Translations under genes and position numbers: made by a program | DNA from: an uncultured Chloroflexia bacterium | GTDB lineage: Bacteria; Chloroflexota; Limnocylindria; QHBO01 | DNA length: 64,000 bases | Assembly (NCBI GenBank): GCA_963825525.1 | Contig: CAWGTN010000001.1 | Location: forward strand, 160,001 to 224,000 | Direction: 5' to 3' | The notes under the pieces: model-generated | Database searches by the model: none | Seen by the model: the letters and a program-made list of their open reading frames with translations, nothing else | Told to the model about the DNA's origin: nothing | In this document: one piece after another, positions 55,025 to 64,000 of the stretch | Layout: each line of letters starts with the position of its first letter | How positions within the stretch are numbered: the stretch's first letter is position 1

Positions 55025-58000
55025 ATGGCCACGAGCGCCCGCAAGCCCGCCAGCACATCCCGCAAGCCGCGCCGCACGAGTCCGAAGAACGGGGGCACCC
55101 CCGCGAAGGACGGACAGCTGATCTACACGTTCGCGGAAGGCAACGCGAGCATGCGCTCGACGCTCGGCGGCAAGGGCGCCGGTCTGGCCGAGATGACCAA
55201 CGCGGGGCTGCCGGTCCCTCCGGGCTTCACCATCACGACCGAGGCCTGCAACGCGTACTACGCGGCCGGCAAGGAGATGCCGGCAGGGCTGTGGGACGAC
55301 ACCGTCACGCACATGAAGGAACTCGAGACGCAGACCGGCAAGGGCTTCGGCGACCCGGCCAACCCGCTTCTCGTCAGCGTTCGTTCCGGGGCCGCCTTCA
55401 GCATGCCCGGCATGATGGACACCGTCCTCAACCTGGGCCTGAACCCGGACACCGTGCAGGGCCTCATCGCGCTCACCGGCAACGAGCGCTTCGCATGGGA
55501 TGCCTGGCGACGCTTCGTGGCCATGTTCGGCCGCATCGTGCTGGGCCTCAAGGCGGAGGACTTCGACGAGCCGTTCGACGAGCTCAAGGAGCAGGCGAAG
55601 GCGAAGCTCGACACCGACCTCACGTCGGACCAGCTGCGCGACATCGGTAACCGATTCGCCGAGATCGTGAAGGCGAAGACCGGTGATGAGTTCCCGACCG
55701 ATCCGTACCGGCAGCTCGAGCTCGCCGTGCGTGCGGTGTTCGACTCATGGTTTGGCAAGCGCGCCCACGACTACCGTGAGTTCAACAAGATTCCGCACGA
55801 TCTCGGAACCGCCGTCAACGTCGTCACCATGGTGTTCGGCAACATGGGCGATGACTCGGGAACGGGCGTTGCCTTCACGCGGGATCCGAACACCGGCGAG
55901 AGCGCGCTGTACGGCGAGTACCTCACGAACGCCCAGGGCGAGGATGTCGTGGCCGGCGTGCGGACCCCCGAGAAGATCAGCCAGATGCGCGACGCCATGC
56001 CCGAGGTGTATGCGCAGTTCGAGGAGATCGCGAATCGGCTCGAGGGCCACTACCGCGACATGCAGGACCTCGAGTTCACCATCGAGCGCGGCAAGCTCTA
56101 CATGCTCCAGACTCGGTCAGGCAAGCGCACGGCGCCCGCTGCCGTGAAGATCGCCGTCGACATGGTCAACGAAGGCGTCCTGACCAAGGAGGAGGCGCTC
56201 CAGCGCGTCGATCCCGCTCAGATCGTGCAGCTCCTCCTGCCCCGCTTCGACGAGAAGGCCAAGGAGACGGTGGGGGATCGGCTGCTCGGGAAGGGGTTGA
56301 ACGCGTCGCCGGGCGCGGCGGTGGGCCAGGCCATCTTCGACCCGGATCGTGCGGTCTCCGCGAAGGACGCCGGCAACCCGGTGATCCTCGTCCGCATCGA
56401 GACGAGCCCTGACGACGTGCACGGCATGCTCGCCGCGAAGGGCGTGCTCACCGCGCGCGGCGGTGCCACCAGCCATGCCGCCGTCGTGGCGCGCTCCATG
56501 GGCCTCCCGTGCGTGGCCGGCGCCGAGACACTCAAGATCGACTACGCCAAGCGCCAGATGCGGGCCGGCTCGGTCACCGTCGCGGAGGGCGATCTCATCA
56601 GCATCGACGGCACCACCGGTGAGATCTTCGCCGGCGAGCTGCCGACCATCGATGCCCGCTTCGAGGACGAGCACGACCTTGCGACACTGCTCGGCTGGGC
56701 CGACGAGGTGCGGACGATGCAGGTGTGGGCAAACGCCGACTATCCGCGCGACGCGGAGCGTGCACGCGCCTTCGGCGCCCAGGGCATCGGCCTGTGCCGA
56801 ACGGAGCACATGTTCTTCGAGGAGGATCGCCTGCCGACGGTCCGCCGCATGATCCTCAACGCGCATGCCGCCACCGCCGCCAAGGCAAGGGCCGAAGGCG
56901 AACGGACGAAGGAGGATCGCGCGGCCATCAAGGAGTTCGACGGCGCCCTCGCCAAGCTCGAGAAGCTCCAGACCGATGACTTCGCCGGACTGTTCCGGGC
57001 CATGGATGGGCTGCCGGTCGTCATCCGGCTCATCGACCCGCCGCTCCACGAGTTCCTGCCCAGCCACGACGAGCTGGTGGCCGAGACGACGCGTCTGCGC
57101 ACGATGCTCGAGATGGCCGATGGCGGGGGCGGCGTGGATGCCGGTCTCGTCCAGGGCGGCCTGGTCAAGCTCTTCGGCAAGAAGGACGCGGCACGGGCCA
57201 TGCGCAAGCTGGGTCTCTCCGCGCCGAGCGCCTCGGGCTCGACTCCATCGGCCACGATCGACCGCTCGAAGCTCGAGAAGGAGCTGGCCGAAAAGGATGT
57301 GCTCCTCCAGGCCGTCGAGGCGATGCGTGAGCAGAACCCGATGCTCGGGCTGCGGGGCGTGCGCCTGGGGCTGATGGTGCCCGACATCGTGAAGATGCAG
57401 GGCCGCGCCATCCTGGCCGGGGCGGCGCGTGTCGCCGCGGAGGGCCTCACGCCCCTGCCGGAGATCATGATCCCGCTGGTCGGGCACGTGAACGAGCTGC
57501 GCGAGACGCGCGAGATCCTCGAGGCCGAGGTCGCCCGCATCGTCGAGACCAGCGGGCAGCAGGTGAACTACAAGTTCGGCACCATGATCGAGGTCCCGCG
57601 CGGTGCGTTGACCGCCGATGAGATCGCCGAGCATGCCGACTTCTTCAGCTTCGGCACCAACGACCTCACCCAGATGGGCTTCGGGTACAGCCGGGACGAC
57701 GCCGAGGGCAAGTTCCTCATGCAGTACGTCGACCGCAAGGTGCTGCCGGAGAATCCGTTTCAGGTACTCGATGCTGCCGGCATCGGCCAGCTCGTCCGAA
57801 TCGGCGTCGAGAAGGGCCGGTCGACGAAGAAGGACCTCAAGATCGGGATCTGTGGCGAGCACGGCGGCGACCCGCAGAGCATCGCCTTCTGCCACGAGGT
57901 TGGTCTGAACTACGTGAGCTGCTCGCCATTCCGAGTGCCGGTCGCGCGGCTGGCGGCTGCCCAGGCGGCGATCAGCCAGACGGAGACCCGCGACAAGTAG
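55025..58000 (+). CDS. ppdK: Pyruvate, phosphate dikinase
   Basis: LGGKGAGL, LLVSVRSGA, GGATSHAAVVAR, GLCRTEHMF, FSFGTNDLTQ, ICGEHGG; GAGGAG RBS; TACAAT at 54976. Confidence 0.98.
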   Translation: MATSARKPASTSRKPRRTSPKNGGTPAKDGQLIYTFAEGNASMRSTLGGKGAGLAEMTNAGLPVPPGFTITTEACNAYYAAGKEMPAGLWDDTVTHMKELETQTGKGFGDPANPLLVSVRSGAAFSMPGMMDTVLNLGLNPDTVQGLIALTGNERFAWDAWRRFVAMFGRIVLGLKAEDFDEPFDELKEQAKAKLDTDLTSDQLRDIGNRFAEIVKAKTGDEFPTDPYRQLELAVRAVFDSWFGKRAHDYREFNKIPHDLGTAVNVVTMVFGNMGDDSGTGVAFTRDPNTGESALYGEYLTNAQGEDVVAGVRTPEKISQMRDAMPEVYAQFEEIANRLEGHYRDMQDLEFTIERGKLYMLQTRSGKRTAPAAVKIAVDMVNEGVLTKEEALQRVDPAQIVQLLLPRFDEKAKETVGDRLLGKGLNASPGAAVGQAIFDPDRAVSAKDAGNPVILVRIETSPDDVHGMLAAKGVLTARGGATSHAAVVARSMGLPCVAGAETLKIDYAKRQMRAGSVTVAEGDLISIDGTTGEIFAGELPTIDARFEDEHDLATLLGWADEVRTMQVWANADYPRDAERARAFGAQGIGLCRTEHMFFEEDRLPTVRRMILNAHAATAAKARAEGERTKEDRAAIKEFDGALAKLEKLQTDDFAGLFRAMDGLPVVIRLIDPPLHEFLPSHDELVAETTRLRTMLEMADGGGGVDAGLVQGGLVKLFGKKDAARAMRKLGLSAPSASGSTPSATIDRSKLEKELAEKDVLLQAVEAMREQNPMLGLRGVRLGLMVPDIVKMQGRAILAGAARVAAEGLTPLPEIMIPLVGHVNELRETREILEAEVARIVETSGQQVNYKFGTMIEVPRGALTADEIAEHADFFSFGTNDLTQMGFGYSRDDAEGKFLMQYVDRKVLPENPFQVLDAAGIGQLVRIGVEKGRSTKKDLKIGICGEHGGDPQSIAFCHEVGLNYVSCSPFRVPVARLAAAQAAISQTETRDK

Positions 58001-58029
58001 GGTGCCTTCCGCTGCGGTATCCTGAGCGT

Positions 58030-58181
58030 CGATCGGTCGGCCCCTCGGTTTGCGCCCCCATCCGCAGCTGAGCCGGGTCTCACCTGCTTGCATCGCCCGA
58101 ACGTCGCAGCACGCCGCAGACCCGGTCACGCACCGCCCCGGTGAACGTCACGCAAGATGGACCGATGAGCTGAGGTAGAGG
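58030..58181 (+). ncRNA. Candidate structured 5' leader of hppA
   Basis: TATCCT -10 at 58018; atcggtc(58032-38)/gaccgat(58160-66) and ccgggtct(58073-80)/agacccgg(58118-25) form nested stems. Confidence 0.35.
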
Positions 58182-60284
58182 TTGGACTCCTGGTACGTGC
58201 TCGCCGCCGCGGCGGCGGCCATCGGTGGCCTGCTGCTGGCCGCCTACTTCGCGAGACAGGTCAACCGGGCGGATCCCGGAAACGAGCGGATGCAGGAGCT
58301 CATGAGGGCCATCGCCGAGGGCGCGATGGCCTACCTGCGGCGCCAGTACCTCGTCCTGGCGGGGTTCGTGGTGGTTGTCGCGCTCCTCATCTTCGCGATC
58401 CCGGAGTACCGACTGGCGGGCGCCCTTGCCTACCTGGCCGGCGCCATCGCGTCCGGCAGCGCCGGGTTCATCGGCATGCGGATCGCGACAGCGGCCAATG
58501 CGCGGACCGCGGAGGCGGCACGGATCGGCGGCGTCCACCTGGCGCTGCCACTCGCGTTCCGAGGCGGCGCTGTGATGGGCTTCAGCGTCGCGGGGCTGGG
58601 TCTGCTCGGCGTATCGGCCCTGTTCTTCACGTTCATCCAGCTGCTTGCCCTGGAGAACGCGACGACGCTCATCGCCGCATTCGGCCTCGGCGCCAGCACC
58701 ATCGCGCTCTTCGCCCGCGTGGGTGGCGGCATCTACACGAAGGCGGCGGACGTGGGTGCCGACCTCGTCGGCAAGGTGGAGGCCGGCATCCCGGAGGATG
58801 ACCCACGCAACCCGGCGGTCATCGCCGACAACGTGGGCGACAACGTCGGTGACGTGGCCGGCATGGGCGCGGACCTGTTCGAGTCCTATGTCGGCTCGAT
58901 CGTCGCACCCATCGTGCTTGGAGCCGTGATCTTTGCCGGCACGAGTAACCCGACGGCCGGGATCGTCTTCCCGTTGGCCGTTGCCGGGGCGGGGATGCTG
59001 GCCAGCATCGTCGGCGCGTTCCTGGTTCGAACCGGCGACGGCGGAAACCTGGGCGCTGCGCTCCACCGCGGGACGAACGCGGCGGCGGCGCTGACGGCCA
59101 TCGCGACCGCGGGGCTCTCGGTCCTGATCTTCGGATCGGTGGCGGAGGTCGAGCAGCCGCTCTTCTTCGCCGGCGCGATCGTCGGCGGCCTGGCCGCGGG
59201 CCTGGCCATCGGCTGGGTGAGCGAGTACTTCACCTCGGACCATTACGGCCCGGTCCGCCACATCGCCGAGCAGGCCCGCACCGGACCGGCGACCGTGATC
59301 CTGGGCGGCCTGGCAAGTGGCATGCGGTCGACCGCGCCGAGCATCCTGATCATCGCGGCGGCGGTGATCGTCGCCTACGTTCTCGGCGACCTGGCGATCC
59401 CCGGAGACGACGCATCTGGCATCTACGGCATCGCTCTGGCAGCCATCGGCATGCTGGCCACGACGGCCATCACCGTCAGCGTGGATGCCTACGGGCCGAT
59501 CGCCGACAATGCCGGCGGCATCGCGCAGATGGCGCACCTTCCCCCCGAGGTCCGACGCGATACCGATGCGCTCGACTCGCTCGGCAACACGACCGCGGCG
59601 GTCGCCAAGGGCTTCGCGGTGGGATCGGCCGCCCTCACGGCGCTGGCGCTGTTCCGCAGCTTCACCGAAACCGCGAATGCGGCGCTGCTCGAGGCGGGAC
59701 GCCCGATCATCGTGCTCGACATCAACGACGTGGCGGTCACGGTGGGGCTGCTCATCGGCGCCATGCTGCCGTTCCTGTTCGCCGCGTTGACGATCGAGGC
59801 CGTGGGACGCGCGGCCAACGCCATGATCCACGAGGTGCGGCGCCAGTTCGCCGAGATCCCGGGCCTTCGCGAAGGCAAGCCGGGCGTCCACCCCGAATAC
59901 GGACACTGCGTCGATATCAGCACCGCGGCCGCGCTGCGCGAGATGGTGGTGCCCGGCGCGCTCGCCATCCTCTCGCCGCTCCTCATCGGCTTCATCAGCC
60001 TGCAGGCCCTCGGCGGATTCCTGGTCGGCGCGCTGGTGAGCGGATTCCTGCTGGCCATCTACATGGCGAATGCCGGAGGTGCGTGGGACAACGCCAAGAA
60101 GTTCGTGGAGGCGGGCAACATCGGCGGCAAGGGGAGCGAGGCGCACCATGCCGCGGTGGTGGGGGACACGGTTGGTGATCCACTCAAGGACACGGCCGGA
60201 CCGTCGATGAACATCCTGATCAAGGTCATGAGCGTGGTTTCGCTCATCGCCGTGCCGGCGTTCGTCGGGTTCCGCCCCTTCTAG
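58182..60284 (+). CDS. hppA: Membrane-bound ion-pumping pyrophosphatase, K+-dependent (likely Na+-type)
   Basis: [50 protein letters not shown]. Confidence 0.97.
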   Translation: MDSWYVLAAAAAAIGGLLLAAYFARQVNRADPGNERMQELMRAIAEGAMAYLRRQYLVLAGFVVVVALLIFAIPEYRLAGALAYLAGAIASGSAGFIGMRIATAANARTAEAARIGGVHLALPLAFRGGAVMGFSVAGLGLLGVSALFFTFIQLLALENATTLIAAFGLGASTIALFARVGGGIYTKAADVGADLVGKVEAGIPEDDPRNPAVIADNVGDNVGDVAGMGADLFESYVGSIVAPIVLGAVIFAGTSNPTAGIVFPLAVAGAGMLASIVGAFLVRTGDGGNLGAALHRGTNAAAALTAIATAGLSVLIFGSVAEVEQPLFFAGAIVGGLAAGLAIGWVSEYFTSDHYGPVRHIAEQARTGPATVILGGLASGMRSTAPSILIIAAAVIVAYVLGDLAIPGDDASGIYGIALAAIGMLATTAITVSVDAYGPIADNAGGIAQMAHLPPEVRRDTDALDSLGNTTAAVAKGFAVGSAALTALALFRSFTETANAALLEAGRPIIVLDINDVAVTVGLLIGAMLPFLFAALTIEAVGRAANAMIHEVRRQFAEIPGLREGKPGVHPEYGHCVDISTAAALREMVVPGALAILSPLLIGFISLQALGGFLVGALVSGFLLAIYMANAGGAWDNAKKFVEAGNIGGKGSEAHHAAVVGDTVGDPLKDTAGPSMNILIKVMSVVSLIAVPAFVGFRPF

Positions 60285-61135
60285 GGCAGCAGGTCGTCCT
60301 CGTTGTCGTCGGCCGGTGACAGGCAGCCTGGATCATTCACGTCGGGATTCAGGCCAAAGTCGATGCGGCCGTCGTCGTCGTTGTCGATGCCGTCCGAGCA
60401 TTCCGGCACCGGAGTCTGTGTCGGTTCTGGCGTCGGCGTGGGCGTCGGTGCGGGTGTCGGCGTGGCGGTGGGCGTCGACGTCGGGCGTGGCGTGGGGCTC
60501 GGGGGTGGTGGAATCGGGCTTCGGGTCGGCGTTGCGGTCGGGTTGGGCGACGCCGTCGAGCCCTGGGTCGCGGTCGGGAAGGGCGTCCTGCCCGGCGTGG
60601 GTACCGGCCCCGGAGCGAACGTGGTCCGTGCCGTGGGCGGCACGTCCGGGCGTTCGGTGGGGCGTGGGGTGGCGCTCGCGTCCGGGCTCTCGGACCCTGG
60701 CTGCTCGCCGGCCACGGTTGGCGTCGGTGCCGGTGACGTCGTTGGTTCGCCGGAACGGGCCGGGCCGCCCGCCTCCCCCAGGACGCCCTCGCCGAACGGC
60801 GGCGAGTATCCCGGATTGTTGGCGAAGTTGCCGCGCGCTCCGAGCATGCCCCCGATGCTGATGATGCCCCCGATGATCAGGATGCCGATGGCGGTGGCCC
60901 ATGCACCCGTCCGTCCGACACCGTATGGATGAACGCGGACGGTTCCGGCTGCCGGGAGAGGGTCGATGGGCTGCGGCGGCACCGCACCGACGTCAACGCT
61001 CATCAACGCGTCGATCGAGGCAGCATGCCTGAGGCAACGCTGGCAACCCCAGGCATGGAGTGCCACGTCCCGGGGAAGCTCGATCTCGCCGCCCTCGTCG
61101 AGCCAAGCGTCGAACCGATCGTGGACCTCACTCAC
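60281..61135 (-). CDS. Zinc-binding anti-sigma-like membrane protein with Pro/Thr linker and Asp-rich Ca-binding-like C-terminus
   Basis: HAWGCQRC (HxxxCxxC), one TM helix, PT repeats, [14 protein letters not shown]...DPGC. Confidence 0.75.
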   Translation of the reverse strand: MSEVHDRFDAWLDEGGEIELPRDVALHAWGCQRCLRHAASIDALMSVDVGAVPPQPIDPLPAAGTVRVHPYGVGRTGAWATAIGILIIGGIISIGGMLGARGNFANNPGYSPPFGEGVLGEAGGPARSGEPTTSPAPTPTVAGEQPGSESPDASATPRPTERPDVPPTARTTFAPGPVPTPGRTPFPTATQGSTASPNPTATPTRSPIPPPPSPTPRPTSTPTATPTPAPTPTPTPEPTQTPVPECSDGIDNDDDGRIDFGLNPDVNDPGCLSPADDNEDDLLP

Positions 61136-61695
61136 GCCAGTGCCCGCTCCGCAGTTGCCCGGATGCGGTCGAAGAGCCGCCCCGCCGGTTCCTCGACGGC
61201 GCGTTCAGCATGGCCCGCTGCGTAGCGGCCCCGCGCCTGTCGCAAAAGGGCGGCGAGTGCGCGGCCGTCGCGCCCGACGATCGTCGCGACGTCGCGCCGG
61301 TCCAGTCGCTCGACGATTACCGCCACCAGCGCAGCGCGCTCGAGACGGCCCAATCGGGCAAGGCCCGCACAGACCGCCTCGTCAGCCCCGAGGGGTCGGA
61401 GGCCAAGCTCCGATACCACGACATCGACGGGTCGGCGGTCGATGAACCGGGCACCGCGTACCACGTGCGCCCGGAGCCAGGCCGCGGCGCGCTCGGGGTG
61501 GCGGAGCTCTCCGACTCGGGTCGATCCCGCGCTCAGGGCGTCGGCGGACAGCCGAGCGGCGAGGACGCGATCACCAAGCGTCAGGAGCAGCGCGAACCCG
61601 TGAAGGCGCGGCCCGTGCAGCTCTTGAAACGCGGCTCGCGCGTCGTCGGCACGTGGCTCGGGCACATTCGAAGGGCGCGGGTCGGATCCCTGCAT
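61132..61695 (-). CDS. Degenerate ECF sigma-factor-like protein
   Basis: LHGFALLLT.GD..LA, AWL, LARL..ERAALV...DVATIVG...ARGR; overlaps the anti-sigma start by 4 nt; start position uncertain. Confidence 0.65.
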   Translation of the reverse strand: MQGSDPRPSNVPEPRADDARAAFQELHGPRLHGFALLLTLGDRVLAARLSADALSAGSTRVGELRHPERAAAWLRAHVVRGARFIDRRPVDVVVSELGLRPLGADEAVCAGLARLGRLERAALVAVIVERLDRRDVATIVGRDGRALAALLRQARGRYAAGHAERAVEEPAGRLFDRIRATAERALA

Positions 61696-61789
61696 CGGCG
61701 TGTGGTCCTGGGTGCGGTCTGGTGGGCTCCAGTGGGGGAGTGTACCGCAACCATCCGAGCACGAATTCGCGCGCGCATGGGGTGGAAAA

Positions 61790-61857
61790 CTTGACAACGT
61801 GGTAGAATTGGCTTCAGCTACTTGACAAACCCCTTGACAACGCGAGCGGAGCTCGCG
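61790..61857 (+). promoter_or_regulatory. dnaG upstream region: three CTTGACAA copies, extended -10 and hairpin
   Basis: CTTGACAA at 61790, 61821, 61833; TGG-TAGAAT at 61800-08; cgcgagc-gga-gctcgcg at 61841-57. Confidence 0.6.
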
Positions 61858-61871
61858 CGAGGTCACCTTCG

Positions 61872-63695
61872 ATCAGCACATCCTCAGGCATCGTCGCCGA
61901 GATCAAGTCGAAGCTGCCGGTCGCCGACATCGTCGGCGAGACCGTTGCACTCAAGCGAGCCGGGACCGTCCATAAGGGCCTGTGCCCGTTCCACGCCGAG
62001 AAGACGCCGTCGTTCATCGTGACGCCGGATCGGGAGACGTGGCACTGCTTCGGATGCGGCGAGCACGGCGACATCTTCACCTTCCTCATGCGCCGGGACG
62101 GCCTGGATTTCCGCGAGGCGCTCACGCGCCTGGCCGAGAAGGCCGGCGTCGAGCTCAGCGAGCAGTCGGCGCGCGAGGACCGACAGAAGCGACGGCTTCG
62201 GGAGGCCCTCGAGGCGGCAATCGCGTGGTACCGCGAGGTGCTGTTGCAGGCTGCCCAGGCCGAGCGCGCGCGCGCCTACCTGGCCGAGCGAGAGCTGTCG
62301 GAGTCCACCCTCGAGCAGTTCGGGATCGGCTACGCGCCGAACACCTGGGAAGCGCTCTCGAAGCGACTGCGCGCCAAGGGCTTCACCGACGCGGAGCTCA
62401 TCGGCGCCGGGCTGGCCAGCCAGTCCAATCGTGGCGGCGTGTACGACAGGTTCCGCGGGCGGATCATCATCCCGATCCGTGATGCATCCGGCCGCCCCAT
62501 CGGCCTCGGGGGCAGGATCCTTCCGGATGCCGAGGGCCCGAAGTACCTGAACTCACCGGCGACTCAGCTCTTCGACAAGAGCCGGACGCTATACGGGATC
62601 GACCTCGCCAAGGCGGCAATCCGCCGCGAAAAGCTGGCGGTCATCGTGGAGGGCTACACGGATGTCATGGCCGCTCACCAGGCGGGATTCAAGAACGTCG
62701 TCGCAAGCCTGGGCACGGCCCTGACGCAGGGCCAGGTCGAGCTGGCCAACCGTTATGCCGATGCGGTCGCCCTGGCCTACGACGTCGACCTCGCCGGCGA
62801 GACGGCAACCCAGCGAGGGCTGCTCGAGGAGCTCGGACCGGTGGTGAGCAAGGTGCGCGTCATCCGCATCCCGGCCGGCAAGGACCCCGACGAATTCATT
62901 CGAACCGACGCCGACGGCTGGCGTCGCGCGGTTGCCGATGCGGCCGAGCTGCTGCCCTACTTCCTTCAGAGGGCCGCCGGTGAGGTCGACATGCGCCAGG
63001 CGCAGGGCCGCAGCGGCTACACCCGACGCATGCTCGACCTGCTCCGTCGTCTGCCCGATCGTGTCGAGCAGGACTCGTACGTGCCTCAGCTGGCACAGCT
63101 GGCGAGCATCGACGAGCGAGTTCTGCGTGACGAGCTGGCGCGAGGCGAACGCCCAATCCCGTTGAGGCCGGTCGTCGAGGCTTCGTCCGATCCGGGGGAG
63201 GAGCAGAGGATCACGCCGCTCGAGCGCCAGGCGCTGACCCTTCTGCTCCTGAACCCGACGCTCGCCGGCGAGCTCGGTGAGCACGAGCGCCTTCCGTTCC
63301 GCGACGAGGCCGCCCAGGCGCTCGGTGAGGCATGGCGCAGCGCCGTGGTGTCCGGGACGAAGCCTGACCTCGAACAGTTCGTGGCGGGCCTTGACCCGGC
63401 CACGGCAGACCTGGCGCGCAGCATGCTGGCATCGGCCAGGGCCAGGGGCGCGCGCCCGGACACGACGAGCGACCGCGAGGAGCTGCGCGTCTGCCTTGTG
63501 CGTCTGCGCGTCCAGCGAGCCGAGGAAGGGCTCGATGACCTCCAGGCCCTGGTTCGCGCCGCCTCGGAGGATGGCGCATTGGATGACATTCGTGAGCTGG
63601 AGCTGCGGTTCCAGGAGCTGACGCGGGAACGCGAGCAGCTGGTGAGAACGATCAACAACAGGCCGGCCGAGCTGGCTGGCGAAAGGAGAAGCTGA
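61872..63695 (+). CDS. dnaG: DNA primase (apparent ATC start codon)
   Basis: Zn finger CPFH...CFGC starts upstream of the ORF-track start; FRGRIIIPI, PKYLNSP, EGYTDV, DxD, KDPDE. Confidence 0.97.
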   Translation: MSTSSGIVAEIKSKLPVADIVGETVALKRAGTVHKGLCPFHAEKTPSFIVTPDRETWHCFGCGEHGDIFTFLMRRDGLDFREALTRLAEKAGVELSEQSAREDRQKRRLREALEAAIAWYREVLLQAAQAERARAYLAERELSESTLEQFGIGYAPNTWEALSKRLRAKGFTDAELIGAGLASQSNRGGVYDRFRGRIIIPIRDASGRPIGLGGRILPDAEGPKYLNSPATQLFDKSRTLYGIDLAKAAIRREKLAVIVEGYTDVMAAHQAGFKNVVASLGTALTQGQVELANRYADAVALAYDVDLAGETATQRGLLEELGPVVSKVRVIRIPAGKDPDEFIRTDADGWRRAVADAAELLPYFLQRAAGEVDMRQAQGRSGYTRRMLDLLRRLPDRVEQDSYVPQLAQLASIDERVLRDELARGERPIPLRPVVEASSDPGEEQRITPLERQALTLLLLNPTLAGELGEHERLPFRDEAAQALGEAWRSAVVSGTKPDLEQFVAGLDPATADLARSMLASARARGARPDTTSDREELRVCLVRLRVQRAEEGLDDLQALVRAASEDGALDDIRELELRFQELTREREQLVRTINNRPAELAGERRS

Positions 63696-63697
63696 GG

Positions 63698-64000
63698 GTG
63701 GCAACCAAGTCCACGACCCGGAAGGCCGATGACAAGCCGATGAAGACGGCAAAGGCGACCAAGCCGGTGGTAAAGGCGGTCGCGCCGAAGAAGGCCGCGG
63801 CGAAGGTGACGCCGAAGTCCGCCGCCAGCCCGAAGGTCGCAGCGGCTCGCACGCCGGCCAGCAAGGCGCCGGTCACGAAGGCCAAGGCCAAGGCGCCGGC
63901 GAAGCCATCCGCGCCGAAGGCAACGGGTGGGTCGAAGCGCGAACCGTCGAAGGCATCGCCGGCCGCAGCATCGGCCAAGGCGAAGCTCGTCGCCGCCAGC
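63698..64000 (+). CDS. Lys/Ala/Pro-rich N-terminus of the next gene, probably primary sigma factor RpoD (partial)
   Basis: GTG after AGGAG; open reading MATKSTTRKADDKPMKTAKATKP... to the window end; identity inferred only from dnaG-rpoD synteny. Confidence 0.55.
   Translation, partial: MATKSTTRKADDKPMKTAKATKPVVKAVAPKKAAAKVTPKSAASPKVAAARTPASKAPVTKAKAKAPAKPSAPKATGGSKREPSKASPAAASAKAKLVAAS

Noticed and set aside
60420-60740. CRISPR-like or tandem repeat array
   Set aside because: It is the Pro/Thr-coding linker of the anti-sigma gene; there is no repeat-spacer periodicity

Overview
High-GC bacterial chromosome core region. Gene order and protein features suggest Chloroflexota (possibly Limnocylindria/Ellin6529-like); this is an inference, not a database result. 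In order it holds: the 3' end of rpoB, rpoC, the str/S10/spc/alpha ribosomal superoperon through truA-rplM-rpsI, then cdaA-cdaR-glmM-glmS-acpS-nnrD-alr. Next is an 8-gene translationally coupled cassette of unknown function (35984-42352): a divergent macro domain, a small protein, four membrane proteins (one DUF6754-like), an orphan GlmL/MutL-like actin-fold protein and a barrel-sandwich/KOW-like protein. After it come tsaE-tsaB-rimI-tsaD-rsmA-ispE-ridA-glmU, a CNNM/hemolysin-family gene, a hidden tspO fragment, a polyprenyl synthase, recO-glyQS, a TPR protein, an AAC(2')-like acetyltransferase, ppdK, hppA, a degenerate ECF sigma/zinc anti-sigma pair, dnaG (apparent ATC start) and the start of a probable rpoD. 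About 15 single-base insertions break essential genes (tuf, rplC, rplD, rplB, rplV, rplO, secY, adk, cdaR) and look like sequencing or assembly errors. I saw no rRNA, tRNA, CRISPR array or mobile element. The best candidate for an undescribed system is the membrane/GlmL-like cassette between alr and tsaE. Family assignments come from motif recognition, not from searches.
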